This document shows positions 36,598 through 46,154 of a stretch of 64,000 bases of DNA, piece by piece. Under the pieces are notes generated by a model. That model was not told the DNA's origin. It did not search any database and saw only the letters and a program-made list of their open reading frames with translations. This stretch comes from Podarcis bocagei (Eukaryota), in NCBI GenBank assembly GCA_964188305.1, contig OZ076900.1; one strand, 5' to 3'. The position numbers and the translations under genes were made by a program. Numbering within the stretch: position 1 is the stretch's first letter; each line of letters starts with the position of its first letter.

Positions 36598-37639
36598 TAT
36601 TGAGTGTACCTGAAGACGTGTGCATGCACGCTAAAGCTCATACCAATAACAAACTTAGTTGGGCCCCAAGGCGCTACTGGAAGGATTTTTTTCTTTTCTT
36701 TCGACTATGGCAGACCAACACGGCAACTAAATATCAACTAAATATCTACCTGCAACTAAATATCAGGGGCATGGAGGTGTGGTTCCACTGGGGATATATG
36801 AGTGCAGAGGCGGAGCTGGTACCCAGAGCTGGTACCCAGACCCGGAGCTGGCACCCGGGGGTGGGCCGATCCTCCCAGAGGGGCGGGGTGGCGAGCACGG
36901 GGGCGGCACCGCCTGCCGCGACAGTCCCACGGGGGCGGTGCCACTCGCGGCGAGTGTCCCGGGGGAGGGCGCGGCGGCGATGTCACCCCCACCTCAGAGA
37001 ATACACCGGGGGCGCCCCGCATCCCCTTCCTTAGCCAGTGCCCTCGTGCTCTATCCGCATAGCTGTCAACCTTCCCTTTTTGCGGGAAATTCCCTTATCT
37101 CAGCGCTGCTTCCCGCTGCTATCCCGGATTGTTCGATATCCCGTAGACTGTCCCCGGGACAGGTGAGGCTGCTGATCCCTTCTTTCCAAATCCGAAAGTT
37201 GACAGCTATGCTCCGTCCTCTATCCTCCCCAAGTCTGATTTCTCTGCCTGATGTCTGTGGGAACCTGCCCGGCTGCCCCCTTGATTTAATAGACTTGTAG
37301 AGTTGCAAGGGTTCCTCAAGGATCATCAATGAAATGCAGGATTTGCTCCTCCAGAGGAGGAAAGAGTATTTGGAAATCCATGTGGAGGGGAGGGCAACCT
37401 TTCTTGGGTAGCCTCAGGCAAGCCTTGCCCTAGCCTGCTTCCCAGGGCTGTCTTGAAACTCCACTCCAGACTCTCAGGAAGAGAAAGGGCAATATAACAA
37501 ACCACACAAAGCAAATCTCCAGGGTGTGACGTTTCTGTAGACCGAGTGGAAGAGGCAGGGAAGATGATTCTCAGTACAGGACGAACGGGATGCCCAAATT
37601 TAAGATGGGGAACCCTGTTGGAAGACCTGGAGATGGAGG

Positions 37640-38140
37640 AAGGGATTCGCTTCCTTTAAGGGCTCAAACCACTACGTGCAGGATTTCCCTGGGCAAGCAG
37701 CGCGCTGCCCATCGCCTTCCCTTCCACCCTCTGCGTTTTGTGGGCCTCCAGGCAGAGGAGCGAGCCAAGAGCCCCGCTGGGACCGGGACGCCGCTGAGAG
37801 TGACTCCAGGGCCCCGGGCTCTGAGCCAGCGATGCTCTCGGCGGTCCCCCCGACGCCCTCCTGCCTCGCCCACCGACCACGTCAGGGGCAGGAATCCTTA
37901 AAGGGCGCAACTTGCGCTACGCCCCCTTCCCGGCGTGGCGGCGCACGGTAGGAGGGAAGATGGAGGAGGGTGGCTGCGGAGCGTCCGAAGGAGCCGCGGA
38001 GGCTCGCGAAAAGGCCCTCGAGGAGGCGGTGAACCGCTGGACGGTCCCCTTCTACGTCCACCAGGCCCTCCAGGCTTTCCGGGCCGGCCGCAGCCGGGAC
38101 TTTCGCCAGCTGCGGGACGTCGTATCTGGTGGGGAGACGA
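37640..38140 (+). promoter_or_regulatory. CpG-island-like promoter/exon 1 region of the TERF2-like gene (repeated at ~48200-48705 and ~58805-59310)
   Basis: High GC and CpG density immediately upstream of and across the ATG exon; contains CACGTG and CACGTCA motifs. Confidence 0.6.
37960..38128 (+). CDS. TERF2: TERF2-like copy 1 exon 1 (N-terminus and start of TRFH)
   Basis: aagATGG Kozak context; [56 protein letters not shown]; donor gtgggg, phase 1. Confidence 0.9.
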
Positions 38141-41100
38141 GCTAGTTTTACGAAAGGGGCATTTGGGGAAGATTGGCGCTGGGTTCCATAATTCTCAAGG
38201 GACAGTGGTACCTCGGGGACTTAATTCGTTCCGGAGGTCCGTCCTGAACCTGAAACTGTTCTTAACCTGAAGCACCACTTGAGCTAATGGGGCCTCCTCC
38301 TGCTGCTGCTGCGCCAACGGAGCACAATTTCTGTTCTCATCCTGAAGCAAAGTTCTTAACCTGAAGCACTATTTCTGGGTTAGCCGAGTCTGTAACCTGA
38401 AGCGTCTGTAATCCGAGGTACCACTGTACTTCCTGCTGGGGAACGTGAATGTAAATAACTAATAATGATAATAATAATTTTATAATTTATACCCCGCCCA
38501 CGTGGCTGGGTTTCCTCAGCCGCTCTGGACGGCTCACAGCCTACAGTATATCAGAACATACTAAAACATCAAACATTAAAATATATTGCCTAATAGCCCC
38601 CGTTCCACTTATGTCACTCTTACGTATTTACATTTATATATCACATTTAATAGTCCTTAGGTGTTTTCATTTAAGAAAAAGTGAACCTAAAGCAACTTAA
38701 AATATAATACAATCTATATCCCTGGAATGTTTGTCATTTGCCTTTAGAAATTAAGGGAACCGATTTTAAAAGAAAAGGCACAACGTACAACTAACCAACT
38801 GCACGGAAGCCAAAAGGAAGGTCTGCAAATAGCCAGTTGTGATTCTCAGCAAGATGGTTAGGATACATGCCCCCTTAAATGAATGCCTCCTAAAGCCCAT
38901 CACAGATGGTCACGAGAAGGGTTAGGATCCCCCCCCCAGCCTCCTAAGTACAGTGGTACCTCGATTTATGAACTTAATCCATTCTGGAAGTCCGTTCTTA
39001 AACCGAAATGGTTCTTAAACTGAGGCGCATCTTCCCTAATGAGACCTTCCGCTGCCGGTGCCCTTCCACCGTTCGTATTCCGTTCTTAGACTGAGGTAAA
39101 GTTCTCAAACTGGGACACTATTTCCGGTTTTGTGGAGTTCGTAAACCAAATTGTTCTTAAACAGGACTGTTCTTAAACCTCTTGAAATCTATTTCAAATT
39201 GGAGATTGTTGATGCGTATATTAAGAGAATGAGTTTAATGAGTTTTGGGTATGGCCCGTAGTTGAGTGTGATGGTTTCCAGAAGCCAACCGCTAGGAATG
39301 GCCTAGCACCTTTGGAGTATAGTTTTAAGAAGCTCAGCTACTTTACCACTCATTTTCTTACAGTAATTACTTCTGTATGTCTGTAAATAAAATCTGTACA
39401 TACTGCATTTCTGCCCTACAAAACAGGAGCCCCAACAAAATATCTGACCACAAAGATTAAGACACTAAAAAGCCATGTGTTTGTGTATATATGCATACTA
39501 AGGATATTGTAGATTACATGCAAAAAGCACGCAAATACGAAGTGACTCCTGGGTCAAAGGGCATGTTGGGATGAAGTTGGCTGTCTGTATATGGTCAGGG
39601 GTATAAGGTATGGGACAGGGCTTTGGTGCCCTGGCCCAAGCCTCATTACACCTAATTTGCTGAACTATCTGATTTTGCTCAGTGACTGTTTGGACTGTCT
39701 TGTTCTTCTCCAGCTGTGCTTGCACGGCCCCTAGCGCAAGAGAAATGTATTGGCATTCAGCTGCAGATTGTGCAGTTTCTGTCTAAGATTGATGAAGATT
39801 GGACCATTGATCCCGAGACCAAGTTAATGCCTCTTGAAGATGCCCTTGTTATTTTGGATAAGATGAAGGATGAACTGGACTTAAACAGTGACGTAGCAGA
39901 AGAAATAAGAAAAAAAATAAAGGAAGCGGTAAGTGTTAGCATTTCCTCTTCTGTAGTCACTGATTACTGTTTCTCAGCCTAGTTAGAAAGTAAGAGGACA
40001 GCTGCCTTTAAGTTTCAAAATGCAGTATATTTCAGAAAGGGTTTAATTAAGGTTCTAATTCAATGCCAGGATTAACTCTTGCCTATTTTTCTCCATGCTT
40101 AAATTAAGCTTTTAAATAAGTTCACAAAAGTTAGTAGAAGCAAGGAGGCAAGATTCCTATATGGTGGGATGAAATGAGAGAGAAATGTATGCTCAAAGGT
40201 GCCTGAGTTTATTGGAACTCAGCATGTTTTCCTTCTTTGGGAAATCCAGGGTAATCATGGAAAAAATGGCTTCTTGACTGACTCTCCTAAGGCACCCATT
40301 ATTTCAATGTTGTTAGCCTACAGATATTTAAGTAGCTTGCCTTACTTGAATTTAAAAATAATTTTCTTGAATAAGTGTTCTAATATTACACAATGAAAAC
40401 CCACTGAGTTGAAAATGTAAAGCAGATCTAGAAAACTGCCGGGGGGTTGTTCCCAAACAGTATCTTCTTAGATTAGGAACATTTCCCCAAAATCTTCCTT
40501 GCAAACCATTATTTTGTCTTTCTTCTTCAGGCTGTCATAACCTGCATTAAAAACAAAAAATATGCACAAGCCAGAATGATCTTGAATAAGCACATGACAA
40601 AGGACCCAAGTTCAAAGGTGAGCTTTCAGCAGGTATGAGTAGTTCATGTTGCAATTGTTGTTGTTGAAATGTGCCTCTTGTAGGGTCATTTCACTACAAA
40701 GCAGAGTCATGGTTTGTCCTTCTCAAATTCTCCTATTCAGTGTCTTAAATACTCTCTGCCCTGCGCTGCAATTTGCTTGCAAGTTCTGAAAAACATTTCC
40801 CTTTTCTTAGAAAATGAGGTCAATGTTGCAGAGAATCATCCAAAGAAAAAACTTAAGTCACCGAGCCATCCGGAACTTCTGCTGCAAAGTTTTCCAGCAG
40901 AGAATACTTCTGTCTTTAGAAAGCTGCTGGAGTGTCCCTGAGCCCTTTCTTTTAGAGGTAAGCAAGGGTATGGGGTGTTGTTTGATTGTTGTAGTAGTGG
41001 GAGGACTATAGCTCCGTAGCCGAGCATCTGCTTTGCATGCAGAGGGTCCCAAGTTCAATCCCTGACATCTCTAGCTAGGACTGGGAATGTCCCCTGCTTG

Positions 41101-44100
41101 GAACCCTGGAGAGCCACCGTCACTCAATGTGTGGTGATATGTGAGCCAGCCTTTTTTTCTTCCGATGTTCCCGTGTGTTGCTGGAGCACTTGAATATCAC
41201 CCACATTGCCACAGCAGAGCTCTTGCCGTCTAACCACTGTGATCAAAAAAGCACATTCAACACCGGAGGCTTAAGACAGGAGCCTTCTCCCTGGACAAAC
41301 TATTATGTGCTTGGGAAATATTTTTGTGAAGAGCCAAGTGCCCCACTGCAGAACAGAACAGGGCTGCAATGTCACATTTGACATATATCAAGCTTGTAAC
41401 TTGACAGTGTTTTGGACTAGCAATACCCAACAGCTCCAGCATCATGAGGCTGTGCTGACTGGGACTTAGGGGAGTTGTAGGTAAAGCATCTTCAGGGCAC
41501 CAGCTTGGGCATGGCTGCTGTATAGATGTAGAAAAAGAAAAAGAAAGTAGAGAAGTGTTGTCTAGTAACTGTGTTCACACTCTCTGTTTAAGATGGCAAA
41601 AAAGGATTTGGACGATCAGATAGAGACCGGGCTCAGTCCTTTGGAAATGGCCAGCAAGGAGGAAATGGTGAAAGAAACTTCAGAGTTGGCAGCAGCAGAT
41701 AAGCCTGAATCTGTGGGAAGATCTGATGAGACTTTGGAAGAGCCCAGGCCTGAGGGAGGGCTTAGCAATACAGCCGAAGAACAACCAAAGTCTCTGGAGG
41801 GAGGCCGTGAGACAGTTGCAAGGCTTTTGATGGAGGCAAAGGGAGCTGTTTTGGAAGTTGCTAAAGTGGTTGATGAGTGCCAGGCAGCTTCAAAGCCAGA
41901 AGAAGAAACCAGTGGAGCTGCAGAGCCTGCTATAGTTGCTGATGCCACTGTCTCAGCAGCTTCCAGTGACACGGACAGGTTAGCAGCCTATGGCCTCTCC
42001 CAGTTTTGACTCCTTTGCCATGCCGGGCAGCTGTTTTGCCATACAACTTCTGGCTCTCAGCACTCAAACCCAAATTGCACCTGCTGCCAGGGGAACAAGG
42101 TCTTTGGGGTGAGGTCAACAACATAAACTGGCAAAACTTGTGGAGCAACCTGCTGATGTTTCTTTATTTTGCAGATGCTCGCCTAAGAGGATGGGCTCGC
42201 ATCCAGGTTTGGCTTCTGATTTCCACGCAGCCAAGGGCCAAAGGGAGGAGGAGAACCATGCTGCCTCCAGGCCACACCCTAGTGAATGCTCAGTGTCCAC
42301 AAGCACACGGGTTATGGGGTCAGAGAGCGGGAACCCCCCAACTTCCTTCCAGGTTTCATCCAAGAGGCCTGCGGCAACTTTGGATGTCCAGACAACACAG
42401 CCCCAAATACCCACCCAGCCTGATGATACCTCCCAATCTCCCAGGTAAGAGTCCATGACTGCTGTGAGGTCTGCTGGGGAGCTGGCACAGCATGAAGCAT
42501 TTGGTGCCGCTTTCGCCTTTGCAAGGAATCCATTCGAAGGCCTTAGGCCTCAGCCCAGAAGCTCCAAGGAAGGCAAAGGTGGTTTGCAGTGGTAGGGTTG
42601 CATTGCTGTGCATCTTCTCCCCCAGCTAGTAGAATCAGGTGGCGAGAGAATCAGGTTGACATACCTTGTCTTAATCTTTATTACTCAGATTGCAAAGACA
42701 GCAGAACTGACAATACGGTTTCTGGCCCCATTAAAGACTGCTAAACAAATTTATTGTGGCAGAAACACCTGTGCCAGACTCTGCTTTGTCAGATGCCTGG
42801 AATGTTAGCTTCAGTTGCCAGACAAAAGGTAGAAATTGTTATTTCTCTCCCCCCTCCCTCCTTCCGTCAGTTTCAAGGATAAGGGTTTAGGTTTCTGCCA
42901 CCAGCTATTTGCTCCTATTTAAACTGTCATAGGTCTCTGCAGTAGTGTGTTTGCTGTGACAAATTAACCTCCCTCCTTGTCTGACACTTAAACTCAGCAT
43001 CTCCATAATTTTGGTCATGTGTGACATTAACTGATGCAGCTCAGTCCTGTCCCATCTCCTTGTGGGGTAAGTCTTTCCTCACTTGTGTTTCTCTGTTCCA
43101 TTCAGATTAGCTAAGAGGAGACTAATTTGTTCAGATCAGAATGAAGAAGAGGATCTCCCAGGTGGTGAAGAGGTTCATAGGGACCGGGACCAGCCCGAGA
43201 CCCCCAGAGACCCCCGACACCTGGGTAAGCAGCAACTGTTTGAATCTGCTTGCCTGGTTTTGGGTGCTCGGCATGATCAAGGTTTCTTTGCCCCAAGGCT
43301 GCTATTGCAGAAATATAGCAAAGCTACTCTCAAAAGAGCAAAGCTGCCAAGCAGCTGACGCTCTCCTCTGAATGTCAGAATGCCAGAAGCTTTGAGTTCC
43401 CATTGTCTGCTCCATAGATTTGGAACCTGCTGAAGCAGCTAGTATCCTGTACACAGTAAGCAGAGGGGTTTTGGGGTACAGCTCTTGGCTCAAAAAAGTA
43501 AAATATTTGGACTGCCTGCTCCAAGTGCACAGCAGCAGCAGCAGCAGCAGCAGCGCGGACAAAATCATTGCCTTTTGCCTCAGACTGGCTTCTTGTTCTG
43601 CAGGGTGCTCAACCATGGCTCCATGCACTCTTCTAATTAAAGCACCTGTGCAGTTTGGATGGCTTCCCACATTGCATTACCCAGTGACATCACAATGACA
43701 TGGGGGAAAACATCGCTAGCATGGCAGGCAATCCTTCAGGAGGCTTGCTTAGGCTATGCACAGGCTGGCTAAAGGCAAAAGTCTCAAAACCTGGCAAACA
43801 TCTTACAAAGCAAAGTGTTCTTCTTCCACCGCTGCCGCCACCACCAGGTTTCTTGTGTGGTGAACCGGCTTATACTTGAGTCAATAAGTTTTCCCAGTTT
43901 TTGGTGCTATAATGAGGTGCCTCAGCTTATATGTGGGTCGGCTTATACTCGAGTATATACGGTAATAAAAGAGGACATGTCTGGCATGTCTGGCAACCCC
44001 AACATAGTTTCATCAGTAGTTGGCTGCCTACGCATCATGCTGCCAAACGCTGGGTAGAAATTGACCACTACCCTGGATTTCTGATGAGGGGACAGTAGTG

Positions 44101-45271
44101 GTAAAACCTCCCAATTACTGAGCCAGTAGCAATAACCAGCTTACTGAGTGGTTCCATCCATCCTGTAAATGAATTTATGTTTCAGAATCGAAGGGAAAAA
44201 GCAGCAGCAGCAGCAGCAGCAGCACTTCCCGCTTGGGTTCTAAAAAGAAGGTAACCAAGCCTATACCCAGTCTGGAGCTGAGCACACCAGTGAGAACAGA
44301 TAGGTCTGCCTTGATAAGACCCCTCTAAATGGAGGCCAGTTGATGAGGACCACCTCTCCCAAATGAAGTAACTGATGAAAGCCCCATTAATGGGAACATA
44401 GGAAGCTGCCATATGCTGAATCCTGGTCCGTCTAGCTCAGTATTGTCTGTGCTACAGGCTTTCAGGCAAGGTGTCTCTTTTGCAGCTCTGCCTGGATATG
44501 TCACAGGTTTGAAGCTGGGATGTTCTGCGTGTTCAACCCCTGGACTAAGGGGCATCTATCTCCTAGTTAATTAATCAAGGGCAGTGGGGGCCAAACTTGG
44601 CCCTCCAGCTGTTTTGGGAGTACAATTCCCACCATCCCTGACCACTGGTCCTGTTAGCTAGGGATAATGGGAGTTGTAGTCCCAAAACAGCCGGAGGGCC
44701 AAGTTTGGCCATCACTGATCAAGAGTCTTGGATACCCGGATGTTTCCAAGAAGCCTGGGCAATCTCAGCACGTCATATCTGCTATCTTTGATAGCCTCTT
44801 GAACCACACTGTAAGGTGGCTGAATTTTATTACCTACATTTTGCAGAAGGAGAACTAAGTGTGGAGAGCGTGCCATCAAGTTGGGTTTAATGTCTCGAAA
44901 TATGGGCCAGATATTTGCCTGCTTTGAGTCACTGGGCTACAGCCCATGTCAGCGGTAATCCTCTGTTAGCAACAGCCATGGAGCCATCTCCAGAGGGTGG
45001 GGTATCTGTCGTTCTGTCATGGGGGCAGGGGGCAAGTCTTGCAGCACTTGATGGTTGCTCACGAGAGCCTGTGCCCTCTTCTTTCTAGATCTGGACTTCA
45101 GAGGAGTCTCAGTGGATTAAGGAAGGTGTGAAGAGGTTTGGGGAAGGGAGGTGGAAAGCCATCTGCAAGGCATTCCCCTTTAAGAACCGGACGCCTGTGG
45201 CGATCAAGGACCGATGGCGGACGATGAAGAATCAGGGGCTCTTGGGGAATGACCTGGAAGCAAGTGGCTGA
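37960..45271 (+). CDS. TERF2: TERF2/TRF2-like telomeric repeat-binding factor, array copy 1 (9 exons, 546 aa, intact)
   Basis: Exons 37960-38128, 39714-39928, 40531-40617, 40811-40957, 41593-41978, 42175-42444, 43106-43224, 44186-44250, 45089-45271 give 1641 nt, all GT-AG and in frame to TGA. TRFH domain ([27 protein letters not shown]; [11 protein letters not shown]; [11 protein letters not shown]; EPFLLEMAKK) plus telobox Myb ([21 protein letters not shown]...[14 protein letters not shown]). The symbol marks the family; this may be a paralog. Confidence 0.92.
39714..39928 (+). CDS. TERF2: TERF2-like copy 1 exon 2 (TRFH; equals fused TERF2 exons 2+3)
   Basis: [52 protein letters not shown]...KIKEA; ctccag acceptor, gtaagt donor. 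Confidence 0.9.
40531..40617 (+). CDS. TERF2: TERF2-like copy 1 exon 3 (TRFH)
   Basis: 87 nt; [29 protein letters not shown]. Confidence 0.92.
40811..40957 (+). CDS. TERF2: TERF2-like copy 1 exon 4 (end of TRFH)
   Basis: 147 nt; [49 protein letters not shown]. Confidence 0.92.
40998..41135 (+). mobile_element. tRNA-derived SINE in a TERF2-like intron (repeated in each unit)
   Basis: A-box/B-box-like head tagctccgtagccgagc...gttcaatccc followed by a non-tRNA body. Confidence 0.55.
41593..41978 (+). CDS. TERF2: TERF2-like copy 1 exon 5 (acidic hinge)
   Basis: MAKKDLDD...SSDTDR; tttaag acceptor, gttagc donor, phase 0 to 2. Confidence 0.85.
42175..42444 (+). CDS. TERF2: TERF2-like copy 1 exon 6 (hinge)
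   Basis: 270 nt, ttgcag acceptor and gtaaga donor, phase 2 to 2, open. Confidence 0.8.
43106..43224 (+). CDS. TERF2: TERF2-like copy 1 exon 7 (hinge)
   Basis: 119 nt, attcag acceptor and gtaagc donor, phase 2 to 1; [17 protein letters not shown]... Confidence 0.8.
44186..44250 (+). CDS. TERF2: TERF2-like copy 1 exon 8 (poly-Ser and Myb N-terminal arm)
   Basis: ESKGK-S8-TSRLGSKKK; tttcag acceptor, gtaacc donor, phase 1 to 0. Confidence 0.85.
44582..44717. mobile_element. Palindromic hAT MITE in the last TERF2-like intron (repeated at ~55188-55323)
   Basis: Long inverted arms ggccaaacttggccctcc / ggagggccaagtttggcc; TSD atcaaggg / atcaagag. Confidence 0.7.
45089..45271 (+). CDS. TERF2: TERF2-like copy 1 exon 9 (telobox Myb domain and stop)
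   Basis: [60 protein letters not shown]. Confidence 0.95.
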   Translation: MWTSEESQWIKEGVKRFGEGRWKAICKAFPFKNRTPVAIKDRWRTMKNQGLLGNDLEASG

Positions 45272-45936
45272 GCTACAACGCTATGTGGACATAGGGTGGG
45301 CCAGAAATACTTTTGCAGTGTATTGCATTGGGCCAGCAGGCTGGTCACTGCAATCTCTTAGCATCCCTCTGCTTTCTCACATAGGATCTGCCCCTCCCTG
45401 ATAATACAAATTCAGCCATCAGGACTTGAATAAGATATACTGTATTCTATCCACAAACAGGACAACATCATCTTATATTCTCAGGATAGGCAAACATTCT
45501 TATTTACTTTTGGAATCAACTAACTTCAATTAGTATTAATAACATACTCTATAAAATCCCACAACACTGCACCAAAATCCAAAGATGATGCATCGCCTTG
45601 AGGTAATTTAAAACAAATGTTATTTTTACTGAAACTGCAGTGTTTCACACAATTTTGTGTTGCAATTGTGTTTGTGTTGCACACAAACTATGCAATTGTA
45701 TAGTTATCAAAATATTTCCAGTGTTGCTACAGTTGGTAAAAAAGTGATGAGTTCTTTAGATACTACTTTTTTTAAAACCAAAATCCAAAGATGATGCATC
45801 GCCTTGAGTTAATTTAAAACTAAATGTTATTTTTACTGAAACTGCAGTGTTTCACACATTTTGCGTTGCAATTGTGTTTGTGTTGCACACAAACTATGCA
45901 ATTTTATAGTTATCAAACAAACAGGACAACATCATC

Positions 45937-46109
45937 TCCTACGTTGCTGACGCAGCCCCAGCTGGCACCGCGTTCCCAGAGAGCCAGGCTTCCTGGCACA
46001 GCGGAGATGTGGCCGGGAGGGAGGAGTCTCGGGAGGAAAGGTAGCGGCAGGGCACAGCATTTTTTGCCTTTCCTAAAACATCCCCCTGGTTGCTATGTAT
46101 TTTCGTATC

Positions 46110-46154
<45 letters not shown>

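Larger units (their letters stand above)
35364..45936 (+). repeat. ~10.6 kb tandem segmental duplication, unit 1
   Basis: Sequence starting tcctacg..tgacgcagccccagctggc recurs at 45937 and 56543; the ORF track repeats at offsets of about 10566 and 21170. Confidence 0.95.

Noticed and set aside
36600-37300. 144-173 aa ORFs conserved in all three units
   Set aside because: They are conserved only because the units are near-identical; they span Penelope-like, GC-rich and hAT MITE fragments.
40998-41075. tRNA-like sequence
   Set aside because: No proper cloverleaf, and it continues into a SINE body, so it is a tRNA-derived SINE head.
41593-42009. Stand-alone 138-aa acidic ORF, or a premature stop suggesting a pseudogene
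   Set aside because: It is exon 5. A GT donor at 41979 precedes the stop and splices in phase to 42175.
37960-45271. Assignment as TERF1 or as a processed retrocopy
   Set aside because: The peptides ([32 protein letters not shown]) and exon sizes and phases follow TERF2, and eight introns are present.
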